Below the pieces are notes generated by a model. That model saw only the letters and a program-made list of their open reading frames with translations. It was not told the DNA's origin and ran no database searches. Shown piece by piece: positions 8,195-17,716 of a stretch of DNA of 64,000 nucleotides. Where the stretch lies: positions 53,489 to 117,488 of the forward strand of contig JAFQAP010000016.1 in NCBI GenBank assembly GCA_017399965.1, written 5' to 3'. Position numbers and translations under genes: made by a program. The DNA comes from Clostridia bacterium (GTDB lineage: Bacteria; Bacillota; Clostridia; Oscillospirales; CAG-382). Each line of letters opens with the position of its first letter. Position 1 is the stretch's first letter.

Positions 8195-10354
8195 ATGAAG
8201 AAAATACTTACAAAATCTCTCCTCTTTTGTGTCACTTTCCTTCTTATAGGCATATTCGTATTTCCTGTGGAAGCAGGCGCTACCGTACCGTATACAACGT
8301 ATACCTACGATATAGACGCTTTCATGCAGGAAAGCCCTGATGTTTACGTGCCTTATAAGCAGATAACGACCGCTTCTTTGATCGCTTCTCTTAATGAATC
8401 CAATCCTGCCTCTGCTAAGTATTCTGCCGAGGATTTCGGTGCTCTCGCAACACCTAAGGACGTATTTGTAGATGATCTTAATTACGTATACATTGCCGAT
8501 ACCGGCAACAGCCGTATCGTAATTTTGGATGAACAGTATCGCCTGCATCTCATCATTAAGGAATTCGTAAATGACCAGGGTGTTCCCGATTCCTTGGCTT
8601 CACCCGAAGGCGTATTTGCAACCGAGACCGAAATCTACGTTGCAGATACCGAAAAATCCCGTATCGTTATTTTCGATAAGCTGGGTAACTTCAGAGATAT
8701 CGTTCACGAACCTGTTTCCGAGGTTATGCCCGAGAACTCCGTTTACAAGCCTTCTGCTGTAGCAGTTGACTCTGCAGGACGTATTTACGTTGTAGGTAAG
8801 GCTACCAACTACGGTATTATTTCTCTTAACCGTGACGGTTCCTTTAACGGATTCGTTGGTGCTATTACTCAGCAGGCAAACGCTTGGGATATGTTCTGGA
8901 GAAACTTCCAGACTCAGGAACAGATCGACGCCAGCCAGTCTGTAGTTTCTATCGAGTACAATAACATCACTATCGACGCAGACGGATTTGTATATGCTAC
9001 CCAGAGTGCAGATACAACTCAGGTTCCTATTAAGAAGCTCAACCCTAAGGGAAGTGACGTTCTTAACAGAAACGGTTTCCATCCGCCGTCCGGTGAAGTT
9101 ACCGTAACCTCTACAAACAGCACTGATTACACCGTAACCGGTAACTCTACCATTGTAGACGTAGCTCTCGGTCAGGCTAATACCTGGTCTATCATCGACC
9201 AGAAGCGTAGCCGCGTATTTACCTACGATAGTAACGGTAACCTGCTGTTTGCTTTCGGTGATATGGGTGATCAGTTTGGTAACATTCAGCGTCTTACCGC
9301 TATGGATTACCAGGGTTCCTATATGCTTTTACTTGATGAAAGCACAAACTCTATTACAATTTACAAGCGTACCGAATACGGTGATCTGCTGATATCTGCT
9401 GTACAGTCTATCGAAGACGGTGATTATGCTGCTTCTGTTGACTATTACATGGGTATTCTTCAGAGAAACAACAACTTTGACCAGGCTTATATCGCTATCG
9501 GTGATGCAAAGTTCCGTGAAGGTGATTACGTAACCGCAATGCAGTACTACAAGTACGCATACGATCAGGAAAGCTATTCCGAAGCTTACCGTCTCTACCG
9601 TAAGGATTGGATGGAGACTAACCTTTGGATACTTGCCGTAATAATCGTAGTTATTCTCGTAGCAGTTCTTATGTTTGCAAAGTGGGTCAACAAAGTTAAC
9701 GCACGCGGTATCAAGTATTCCGAAAAACGTAAGTGGTACGAAGAGGTCTGCTACGGATTCCACGTTATAGTACATCCTTTCGATGGTTTCTGGGACCTCA
9801 AGCACGAAAAACGCGGTTCAGTACGCGGTGCTACCATCATTCTGCTTCTCACTGTTTTCACGTTCGTATATCAGTCTGTGGGCAGAGGCTTCCTTTATAA
9901 TAAATATGAAGGAACCGGCGTTAACTACGTATTGCAGATAAGCTCTATCGTGCTTCCCGTTATTTTGCTTACCGTTTCCAACTGGTGTCTTACCACATTG
10001 TTTGACGGCGAAGGAAGCCTTTCCGATGTTTACATCGCAACCTGCTATTCCTTGCTTCCCGTTGTAATGCTCGTTCTTCCTACAGTTATGGTATCCAATT
10101 TCGTTACCGTGAGCGAACAGGGTATTCTTACTATGATCGAGACTATCGCTTGGGGCTGGACAGCATTGCTCTGGTTCTTCGGTATGATGGTTATCCACGA
10201 TTACAGCTTGTTTAAAAATATTATTATCACTGTTGCAACAGTTATCTTTATGATGTTTGTAATGTTCGTAGCCGTTCTGTTCACAAGCTTGCTTAGCAGA
10301 GTATTCACCTTCTTCTATAATATCTATGCTGAGCTCTCGTACAGATGGTCATAA
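8195..10354 (+). CDS. NHL beta-propeller + TPR + YIP1-like multi-pass membrane protein
   Basis: NHL repeats (YIADTGNSRIV, YVADTEKSRIV, AVAVDSAGRIYV); TPR-like AYIAIGDAKFREGDYVTAMQYY; HPFDGFWDLKHEKRGS followed by TM helices. Confidence 0.8.
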   Translation: MKKILTKSLLFCVTFLLIGIFVFPVEAGATVPYTTYTYDIDAFMQESPDVYVPYKQITTASLIASLNESNPASAKYSAEDFGALATPKDVFVDDLNYVYIADTGNSRIVILDEQYRLHLIIKEFVNDQGVPDSLASPEGVFATETEIYVADTEKSRIVIFDKLGNFRDIVHEPVSEVMPENSVYKPSAVAVDSAGRIYVVGKATNYGIISLNRDGSFNGFVGAITQQANAWDMFWRNFQTQEQIDASQSVVSIEYNNITIDADGFVYATQSADTTQVPIKKLNPKGSDVLNRNGFHPPSGEVTVTSTNSTDYTVTGNSTIVDVALGQANTWSIIDQKRSRVFTYDSNGNLLFAFGDMGDQFGNIQRLTAMDYQGSYMLLLDESTNSITIYKRTEYGDLLISAVQSIEDGDYAASVDYYMGILQRNNNFDQAYIAIGDAKFREGDYVTAMQYYKYAYDQESYSEAYRLYRKDWMETNLWILAVIIVVILVAVLMFAKWVNKVNARGIKYSEKRKWYEEVCYGFHVIVHPFDGFWDLKHEKRGSVRGATIILLLTVFTFVYQSVGRGFLYNKYEGTGVNYVLQISSIVLPVILLTVSNWCLTTLFDGEGSLSDVYIATCYSLLPVVMLVLPTVMVSNFVTVSEQGILTMIETIAWGWTALLWFFGMMVIHDYSLFKNIIITVATVIFMMFVMFVAVLFTSLLSRVFTFFYNIYAELSYRWS

Positions 10355-10369
10355 GAAAGGAGTAGCAAT

Positions 10370-13267
10370 ATGAGCAAACTTTTAAAATCAATACTGGCAT
10401 TTGCACTCTGCTTGCTGCTCTGCCTTCCCGTGCTTTCTTCCGTTTCCGGTCTCTTTGCTTTTGCTGCAGAAACCAGTGACGATGAAAACAGCAAAGACGT
10501 AGATATCTGGGATACTAAAGGTCCCGCATATATGTCCGTAAGCTTTTCCAGCGTAAAATCAAGAATTTTGGGTAACACCTCTCTTGATGCACTTGAACTT
10601 TATCTTGCACCTACCGAAGCTATTCCTTACGCAATGTACGTAGATAAGCTTACCGGTGAAGTTATCGTTCTCCGCTGCAAAGACGACGATAAAAACGGCG
10701 AATTTGATACAAGTGCAGACGGCGTATATCTTTATCAGTCTTACTGGTGCTCCAACCCCTACAATGCGGGTGCAAGTACCAACCCCTCCAAGCAGGCTTC
10801 TACCGACTCTATCAAGCAGCTGCTTTATTCTCAGATCATTATAAAGTACGTTGATAAGAGCTCCAGCAATACCGAAAACGAAATGACTTCTTATAAGGAT
10901 TCTGCAAGAAATAACCAGATCACCGTTAAGAAGATCGCAAACGGTATTCGTGTTGAATATAAGTTGGGCCGTGCAGAAAATACATATATGGTTCCTCGTG
11001 TTATCAAGCTTGAAAAATTCCAGGCTTTGCTTGAGCAGATCAGAACCAACTGCACCGAAACCAGACCTGCTAACCGTTTTGAATCTTTCTATACTATCAA
11101 GGATGTAAACGATCCTAACATTTCCGATAAGAGTAAAGAAGAGTATAAAAAGAAGTATCCCATCTGCGAACAGTTCCCTATAGCTGTTTGTGAACCCGCA
11201 ATCTCCGTTCAGGAACTTAAGACTCTTGAAGGTTGGTTGAAGATGTATACCGATTACTCTCTTGAACAGCTCCAGATCGACCATGACGAAGTTGAATATG
11301 TAAACAAGGACGCAGCTCCCGCACAGTTCAAACTCGCGCTGGAATATAAGCTGGACGGTGACGGACTCACTGTTCGTTGTAACATGGGTAACGTCCGTTT
11401 CGATTCTTCCGTTTATTCTTTGAAGAATATCAGCATTCTGCCTTACGCAGGAAGCGGTAACGTTGTTTCCAACGAAGGTTACGTTTTCACTCCTGATGGT
11501 TCCGGCACCTTATTTAACTTCGCTGATATTATGGGAAGTCAGTTCAAGAATACCAGCAAGATATATGGTCAGGACTATGCTTACAGCGAAATCAGCGGAT
11601 CTAACAAACAGGCCGTCAGACTTCCTGTTTACGGCATAATCGAAACCAAGAATAACTCTTATACAGAGAAGGTTATTACCACCGAATACGATGAAGACGG
11701 CAACGAGGTACAGGTAGAAACTACCAAATATCTCAAGAACGGCTATTTCGCTATCGTAGAGGAAGGTGAATCTCTGGTTAACCTTACTCTCGAAAACGGC
11801 GGCGCTACTCACATGTTCGTATCCTGCTACGGTACGATCAACCCCCGTCCTTCCGATAACATAACTCTTGACGCAGGTCTTTCCGCCGGTTCCGCTTCTT
11901 CTTGGACCGTTGAATGTGACCGTAAATACACCAAGGATTACAAAGTAAGAGTATTCCTGCTTAACGACGAGGAAGCGAGCATTGCAGGTATGGCGAACAT
12001 TTACCGCGAGTATCTTTTGAAGAAGGGAATTCTTACTCCCATTAAGGAAGAAGAAACTCCCGAGGATATTCCTCTTTATATCGAAACTCTCTGCGCGCTT
12101 GAAGCTTCCGCTTCCTTCTTGGGTGTTCCCATTAACAAGATGTATTCGCTCGCAAGCTTCGATAAGATCATCGAAATGCTTCAGCTTCTCGGAGAAGACG
12201 CTGATATTACCAATGTTAAGCTTAGACTTATGGGCTGGCAGGACGGCGGTATCGGTGATACCGTTCCCAACGGCGTAAAGGTCGAGGACGTTATCGGCGG
12301 CGAAGAAGGCTTCAAGAAGCTTATCGAGTATGCAAAGTCCAGCGGCGCTACTCTGTATCCCGATTTCGACTTTGTTTATGCTCATAACGACAGATGGTTC
12401 GATGGTTTCTCTCAGTCTGATGACCTTGCAAAGACCATTAACGATCGTTACGCAAGACATCAGTTCTACAGCGCACTTTATCAGGGATATGACAGATCCG
12501 GTATGGGTGTTATCTCTGCAAGTGTAATGAACAAATTCTATTCCAATTCCTGGGAAGACTATAAAGAATACAACGTAGGCAGCATCTCTGTCGGTGTATT
12601 GGGCGAATCCCTTTCTTCCGATTTTGACGAAGATGAACCTTACAACCGTGAAGACACCAAGACCCTTATCACCAAACTGTTCGCTCAGATCAAGGAAGAT
12701 AACGGCAAGGTAATGATCAGCGGCGGTAATGCGTATGCATTCCCTTATGTTACCGATATCGTCAACATTGCACTTGATGACTCCGGTTACAAGTCTTCCG
12801 CAACCAGTGTTCCTTTCCTCGGAATGGTTCTCCACGGCTATATCGAATACACCGGTGAGGCTATCAACCTTGCAGGTGACTACCGCCATACCGTACTTAA
12901 GACTATCGAAAACGGTGCTAACCCTTACTTTGTACTTGCTATGGAAAATACTTCCGAGCTTAAGAAACTCAACTATTGGTACGAAGTTTCCGGTTACTAC
13001 TCCGTACGCTACAACATCTGGCTTAACGATATGGTTACCACTTATAACGAGCTTAACGAAGCATTGGCAGATGTTAAGACTTCAAATATCGTTGACCACC
13101 AGTTCCTTGACGACGAATATGACGTTGTTTTGGTAACTTACAGTAATGGAATTTCCTTCATAATCAACTACGATCTCAATGCAGCTACCGTAGAGTTTGA
13201 GGGCAAATCTTATACCATCGGCGCCGAAGACTTCATCAAGCTCGACGCTGACGGAAATGAAATTTAA
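10370..13267 (+). CDS. Secreted DUF5696-like protein (965 aa)
   Basis: Signal peptide; family-like motifs GYVFTPDGSG, LPVYG, MGWQDGG, MISGGNAY, VPFLGMVLHGYIEY; position typical of this cluster type. Confidence 0.7.
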   Translation: MSKLLKSILAFALCLLLCLPVLSSVSGLFAFAAETSDDENSKDVDIWDTKGPAYMSVSFSSVKSRILGNTSLDALELYLAPTEAIPYAMYVDKLTGEVIVLRCKDDDKNGEFDTSADGVYLYQSYWCSNPYNAGASTNPSKQASTDSIKQLLYSQIIIKYVDKSSSNTENEMTSYKDSARNNQITVKKIANGIRVEYKLGRAENTYMVPRVIKLEKFQALLEQIRTNCTETRPANRFESFYTIKDVNDPNISDKSKEEYKKKYPICEQFPIAVCEPAISVQELKTLEGWLKMYTDYSLEQLQIDHDEVEYVNKDAAPAQFKLALEYKLDGDGLTVRCNMGNVRFDSSVYSLKNISILPYAGSGNVVSNEGYVFTPDGSGTLFNFADIMGSQFKNTSKIYGQDYAYSEISGSNKQAVRLPVYGIIETKNNSYTEKVITTEYDEDGNEVQVETTKYLKNGYFAIVEEGESLVNLTLENGGATHMFVSCYGTINPRPSDNITLDAGLSAGSASSWTVECDRKYTKDYKVRVFLLNDEEASIAGMANIYREYLLKKGILTPIKEEETPEDIPLYIETLCALEASASFLGVPINKMYSLASFDKIIEMLQLLGEDADITNVKLRLMGWQDGGIGDTVPNGVKVEDVIGGEEGFKKLIEYAKSSGATLYPDFDFVYAHNDRWFDGFSQSDDLAKTINDRYARHQFYSALYQGYDRSGMGVISASVMNKFYSNSWEDYKEYNVGSISVGVLGESLSSDFDEDEPYNREDTKTLITKLFAQIKEDNGKVMISGGNAYAFPYVTDIVNIALDDSGYKSSATSVPFLGMVLHGYIEYTGEAINLAGDYRHTVLKTIENGANPYFVLAMENTSELKKLNYWYEVSGYYSVRYNIWLNDMVTTYNELNEALADVKTSNIVDHQFLDDEYDVVLVTYSNGISFIINYDLNAATVEFEGKSYTIGAEDFIKLDADGNEI

Positions 13268-13281
13268 CAGGAGGGAATATA

Positions 13282-14280
13282 ATGGATAAGGCGCTTAAAA
13301 CAAACGAGCAAACTACCGTTGAAGTAAAGCCTTTGAAGGTTAAAAAGAGAAAAGCAAAGTCTCTTGAAAAACAAAAATCAACCTTCGGTTGGCTGTTTAT
13401 ACTTCCGTTCCTTCTTGGTTTCATTCTCATTTATCTTCCCATGATATTATCTTCTATCCAGATATCTTTCAGCTCCATCGCTTACGAAGATATCGGTCAG
13501 GTTCTTACCTGGGTAGGATTTGAGAACTATTCAAAAGCACTTTTGGAAGAAGCAGATTTCACCAAGACACTCGTTGAGTGTCTTGGCGGAATGGCATTCG
13601 ATATTCCCGCAATCATCATATTCTCTCTGTTTATGGCAATTTTGCTTAACCAGGATATGAAGGGTAGAGCAGCCTTCCGTGCAATCTTCTTCGTTCCCGT
13701 TATAGTATCTACCGGTATTATCGAATCTATCGACCTACAGAATACCCTCGCTCAGCTTGGCGACCAGGTATCCAACCTTAACGGAGACGGTGTTGAGGGC
13801 GCTGTAAATGCCGGTACCGAGATCATTAACGCTATAGACGTTGAGCGGTTCTTCGGGTCTATGAAAATAGGTTCCGAGCTTGCCGGCGTGGTTAGTGGAT
13901 GGGCAAACAACGTATATAACATCGTAAACCGTTCCGGTGTTCAGATGCTTATATTCCTTGCAGCACTTCAGTCTATATCTCCTTCGATATACGAATCCTG
14001 TAAGGTTGAAGGTGCTACCGGTTGGGAAACCTTCTGGAAGATCACTTTCCCCATGATCAGCCCCATGATCCTCGTTAACCTCGTTTATACTATAATCGAC
14101 TCCTTTACCACCAAGTCCAATATAATGATGTCGTTTATCACTACTGCAAGTAACGAAGCTAACGGTAAACCTCTCGGTACTGCAATGGCTTGGCTGTACT
14201 TCCTTATTGTAATGATCATTCTTGCAATTTGTGCAGCATTCGCTTCGCTGTTTGTATTCTATCAGCGTCGTGAAAAGTAA
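13282..14280 (+). CDS. Carbohydrate ABC transporter permease
   Basis: EAA loop IYESCKVEGATGWETFWKITFP; TM helices. Confidence 0.9.
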   Translation: MDKALKTNEQTTVEVKPLKVKKRKAKSLEKQKSTFGWLFILPFLLGFILIYLPMILSSIQISFSSIAYEDIGQVLTWVGFENYSKALLEEADFTKTLVECLGGMAFDIPAIIIFSLFMAILLNQDMKGRAAFRAIFFVPVIVSTGIIESIDLQNTLAQLGDQVSNLNGDGVEGAVNAGTEIINAIDVERFFGSMKIGSELAGVVSGWANNVYNIVNRSGVQMLIFLAALQSISPSIYESCKVEGATGWETFWKITFPMISPMILVNLVYTIIDSFTTKSNIMMSFITTASNEANGKPLGTAMAWLYFLIVMIILAICAAFASLFVFYQRREK

Positions 14281-14291
14281 GGAGGTGCGTT

Positions 14292-15404
14292 ATGAGTTTT
14301 TCTGAAAAATTAAAAGGTCTTTTTGCAAAAAAGCAAAAGCCCGAAAAAATTTTAACCGGTAACGCAAAGATAGACGTCGAAACTTCTTTGTGGGAGCGTT
14401 TTAAAGCTAAATACTTTAATATGTTCTTCGTAAAGAAACTCGGTTGGATTATCTTCAGATTGGTTCTTCTTATCGGTATTTCCTATGTAATTATCTATCC
14501 TTATTTCTCCAAAGTTACAACCTCTCTTATGGCGAGGGAAGACTTTGTTGATACCACCGTTCTTATGATTCCTCGTAACTGGACGTTGGATACTTACAAG
14601 GCTATTATCAACGATAACAAGTACTTTACCGCATTGTTCAACACCACAACTCTCTCTTTACTTTGCGGTGTTTCCCAGACCTTGATCTGCGCTATCGTAG
14701 GCTACGGCTTTGCGAAGTTCAAGTTTAAGTTTAAGGGTGCTTTGTTCCTGCTGGTAATCTTTACCATGGTAGTTCCTCACGAAACTATCCGTCAGGCGAT
14801 GATACTGCGATTCCGTTATATGGATCTAATCGGTATCATACCGCAGTTAAACGGTTGGATATTCAATATGTTTGACGGCGGTTCTATTTCCCCTGAAACT
14901 TATGAAAAGTTTACCGATTTTATCGCTATGATCCCCAACGCACTTAATACATACTGGCCTATGGCGATCCTTTCACTTACCGGTCTTGCATTTAAGAACG
15001 GTCTGTATATCTTCATGATGCGTCAGTACTACAGAGGCGTTCCCGACGAATTGGAGGAAGCTGCATACGTTGACGGCGCAGGCGTTATCAAAACGTTTGT
15101 ACGAATTATTCTGCCTATGTCAACCGCGATGTTGGTAACTATCTTTATGTTCTCCTTCTCGTGGCAGTGGACAGATACGTTCTACACAGATCTGTTTATG
15201 CCCGCTTCCGGCGGTAATATATTGCTTAACAATATCGTTTCGATACCTAAGTCTTTGGATACTGAGTTTGCGGGCCAATTGGCTTACGAAACTGCTATCA
15301 GAAATGGTTGCGGAATACTCATACTCATTCCTCTGCTTATTATGTATCTCTTCGGTCAGCGTACCCTTATCGAAGGCGTTGAGCGTTCCGGTATTACAGG
15401 CTAA
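14292..15404 (+). CDS. Carbohydrate ABC transporter permease
   Basis: EAA loop LEEAAYVDGAGVIKTFVRIILP; TM helices. Confidence 0.9.
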   Translation: MSFSEKLKGLFAKKQKPEKILTGNAKIDVETSLWERFKAKYFNMFFVKKLGWIIFRLVLLIGISYVIIYPYFSKVTTSLMAREDFVDTTVLMIPRNWTLDTYKAIINDNKYFTALFNTTTLSLLCGVSQTLICAIVGYGFAKFKFKFKGALFLLVIFTMVVPHETIRQAMILRFRYMDLIGIIPQLNGWIFNMFDGGSISPETYEKFTDFIAMIPNALNTYWPMAILSLTGLAFKNGLYIFMMRQYYRGVPDELEEAAYVDGAGVIKTFVRIILPMSTAMLVTIFMFSFSWQWTDTFYTDLFMPASGGNILLNNIVSIPKSLDTEFAGQLAYETAIRNGCGILILIPLLIMYLFGQRTLIEGVERSGITG

Positions 15405-15414
15405 TAAACCAATT

Positions 15415-15446
15415 AAAAAGAGTTGCTTTCAAAAAGCAACTCTTTT
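15415..15446 (+). terminator. Rho-independent terminator of the ABC cluster
   Basis: AAAAGAGTTGCT-ttcaaaa-AGCAACTCTTTT. Confidence 0.85.
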
Positions 15447-15447
15447 G

Positions 15448-15570
15448 TTATCGGGGTCCCCGAGAAGCCTTTGGGCTTCTTGGGGTGATTGTCGGGGTTC
15501 CCAAGAAGCCGTTAGACTTCTTGGGGTGATTGTCGGGGTTCCCGAGAAGCCGTTAGGCTTCTTGGGGTGA
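15448..15570 (+). repeat. Three tandem copies of the 41-bp hairpin repeat (locus 2)
   Basis: Units 15448-15488, 15489-15529, 15530-15570, head-to-tail, no spacers. Confidence 0.95.
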
Positions 15571-15599
15571 TTGTAATTTTAGAATTAGCGTGTTATAAT
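15571..15599 (+). promoter_or_regulatory. sigmaA-type promoter of the GNAT gene; -35 abuts the repeat array
   Basis: TTGTAA-17 bp-TATAAT with extended -10 TG. Confidence 0.6.
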
Positions 15600-15628
15600 T
15601 ATAAAAACGGCAAAGGCGGTATAAGCGA

Positions 15629-16063
15629 ATGGAAATTGTTATTCGCAGATGTGTTTTGAGTGATTCCGATTCATTATATACACTAAATTCAAATGAAATG
15701 GGATATTTTTATCCGGCAGAGCAAACAACCAATCAGCTAAGTACCATTTTAAATGACAGCACCAATGCGGTTTTCGTCGCTGTTAATGGCGGAGAAGTGA
15801 TCGGATATATTCACGGTGCCGTATACAATGTTTTGTACGCCGATCCTATGGTAAATGTACTCGGGATAGCAGTGTGCGAGCGGTATCGCAGAATGGGCGT
15901 GGGAAGATCGCTTTTGGATGCTCTTGAAAATTGGGCGCTTGAAAACGGCATATCTTCAATGCGCTTGACATCCGGTGCAGAGCGTACTTCCGCGCATGAC
16001 TTTTATAAAAAATGCGGTTACGTTTTAAAAAAATCACAGTTGAACTTCAAAAAGAATATATAA
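15629..16063 (+). CDS. GNAT family N-acetyltransferase
   Basis: Acetyl-CoA motif A VCERYRRMGVGRSLL; motif B AHDFYKKCGY. Confidence 0.9.
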   Translation: MEIVIRRCVLSDSDSLYTLNSNEMGYFYPAEQTTNQLSTILNDSTNAVFVAVNGGEVIGYIHGAVYNVLYADPMVNVLGIAVCERYRRMGVGRSLLDALENWALENGISSMRLTSGAERTSAHDFYKKCGYVLKKSQLNFKKNI

Positions 16064-16067
16064 GTCT

Positions 16068-16099
16068 AAAAAATCCCCGAATTTTTCGGGGATCTTTTT
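16068..16099. terminator. Bidirectional terminator between convergent GNAT and CDF genes
   Basis: AAAAAATCCCCGAA-ttt-TTCGGGGATCTTTTT. Confidence 0.8.
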
Positions 16100-16117
16100 G
16101 AATAACCGGTTGATTGT

Positions 16118-17287
16118 TTATTTAACGTATACGTTATCAATATTGAAAACGGGATAAAAGTTTCCGTCAATGGTAGAAATAAGAGTGTTTACTCTTTCGG
16201 TAACTGTTTTTTTGTCCATTTTCAATTCATAGGGAATGACAATATCGAAAATAAGATTTGTGTGGGTAGGTCCGGTAACCACACGGAAATCGTGAATACT
16301 TACACCTTCGCCGATAGTGGAAAGAAGGTCTGCAACAATTTTCTTGAGTCTGTTTGTGGTCTCATCATCGGTCAATATGGGGTCCATATGTATGACCGCT
16401 TCGCAGTTAAGCTCCTGCCGCAGTCTGCGTTCTATATTATCTATAGCATCGTGAGTCTCGAGCATATCCGCATCCGCGGGAACCTCTGCGTGCAGGGAGA
16501 TCATAACTCTGCCGGGGCCGTAATCGTGAACCACAAGGTCGTGTATGCCGTGTACGCATTCTTCGGATAGAACAATTGCTTCTATACTGTCTACAAATTC
16601 TTTTTCCGGCGGCTGACCCAAAAGGGGAGATATGGTTTCCTTTGCCGCCTTAAATCCGTTGTAAAGTATAAACGCCGAAACAGCAAGGCCGCACCAAGCG
16701 TCAATATTAACATCCCAGACCTTTGAGATGATCATTGACCCCAAAATAACAGTAGTCGCAATACAATCGGAAAGTGAATCGGCAGCGGTAGCAGAAAGGG
16801 AAGGCGAATTTATCTTCTTGTGCACGGCACGGTTGTAAAACGCCATATACAGCTTTATCAATACCGAGATAACAAGGATTATAATGGTAATATACGAAAA
16901 CTCCACTTGTGCAGGGGTGATTATTTTGCTTATGGATTCGGTTGCCAATTCAAAGCCCATAAGCATTATTAGCATAGCCACCATAAGCGCCGTTATATAT
17001 TCGTATCTACCGTGTCCGAAGGGGTGGTCGGAATCCGGTTTTGAGCCGGAAAGCTTGAATCCGATAAGCGTGATTATAGACGTACCCGCATCAGAGAGAT
17101 TGTTAAAGGCATCTGCCATAATTGATATGGCGCCGGAAAGTGTTCCCGCAATGAATTTAATGGCAAACAGTAATACGTTAAGACATATACCTACAATTCC
17201 GCATAGCATGCCGTAAGCGCGCCTGACGGCAGGCAAGCGGAAGTTTTGGCGGTCTTTTATAAATATTGAAGCCAGCAGTTTTATCAT
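16118..17287 (-). CDS. Cation diffusion facilitator family transporter
   Basis: ADAFNNLSD, HPFGHGRYEY, DSLSD motifs; C-terminal dimerisation domain; start moved to ATG 17287 for RBS GGAGG spacing. Confidence 0.92.
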   Translation of the reverse strand: MIKLLASIFIKDRQNFRLPAVRRAYGMLCGIVGICLNVLLFAIKFIAGTLSGAISIMADAFNNLSDAGTSIITLIGFKLSGSKPDSDHPFGHGRYEYITALMVAMLIMLMGFELATESISKIITPAQVEFSYITIIILVISVLIKLYMAFYNRAVHKKINSPSLSATAADSLSDCIATTVILGSMIISKVWDVNIDAWCGLAVSAFILYNGFKAAKETISPLLGQPPEKEFVDSIEAIVLSEECVHGIHDLVVHDYGPGRVMISLHAEVPADADMLETHDAIDNIERRLRQELNCEAVIHMDPILTDDETTNRLKKIVADLLSTIGEGVSIHDFRVVTGPTHTNLIFDIVIPYELKMDKKTVTERVNTLISTIDGNFYPVFNIDNVYVK

Positions 17288-17346
17288 AAGCATACCTCCA
17301 AGATAACCGCATTCAGTATACCATGATTTACAGTTATTTGCAACTG

Positions 17347-17715
17347 TTATTTGTTTTTGCTTTTAAAGAGCACTGACCACAAAAGTGCAAAAAGAATTGC
17401 CGCAGTAATTCCCGCCGCCGTAGCGGATATACCGCCGTAAATAATTCCAAAGGCTCCGTCTTCTTGTATTGCCTTCTTTACACCTTCGGCAAGTGTGTTT
17501 CCAAACCCCGTGAGAGGCACTGTAGCGCCCGCTCCTGCCCATTTTACAAGCTTGGGGTAGATCCCCAACCCGTTAAGCAAAACACCGCCGCAAACGTATC
17601 CGACCAAAATGTAAGCGGGAGTAAGTTTTGTTTTGTCTATTAAAATCTGGGCGATAACGCATAAAATGCCGCCTACCAAAAAAGCTTTAAGGATCAAAAG
17701 ATAGTCAATTTGCAT
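17347..17715 (-). CDS. spoVAE: Stage V sporulation protein AE
   Basis: AFLVGGILCVIAQILIDKTKLTP...AGAGATVPLTGFG; third gene of the spoVA operon. Confidence 0.9.
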   Translation of the reverse strand: MQIDYLLILKAFLVGGILCVIAQILIDKTKLTPAYILVGYVCGGVLLNGLGIYPKLVKWAGAGATVPLTGFGNTLAEGVKKAIQEDGAFGIIYGGISATAAGITAAILFALLWSVLFKSKNK

Positions 17716-17716
17716 T

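Noticed and set aside
11510-12889. Long antisense ORFs (also 3311-4303, 19375-20415, 34903-35847, 61403-62320)
   Set aside because: Fully nested opposite well-supported genes with no recognisable motifs; consistent with shadow ORFs from biased codon usage.
15448-15570. Tandem palindromic units as a CRISPR array (also 34703 and 50838)
   Set aside because: Units are head-to-tail with no spacers, only 2-3 per locus, and there are no cas genes or leader.
15268-15570. Short ORFs sharing LSGSPRS..ASWGD (2354, 15268, 22920, 34679, 24343-, 50759-) as a peptide family
   Set aside because: The shared peptide is just the translation of the 41-bp repeat; the ORFs overlap real genes and terminators and lack RBSs.
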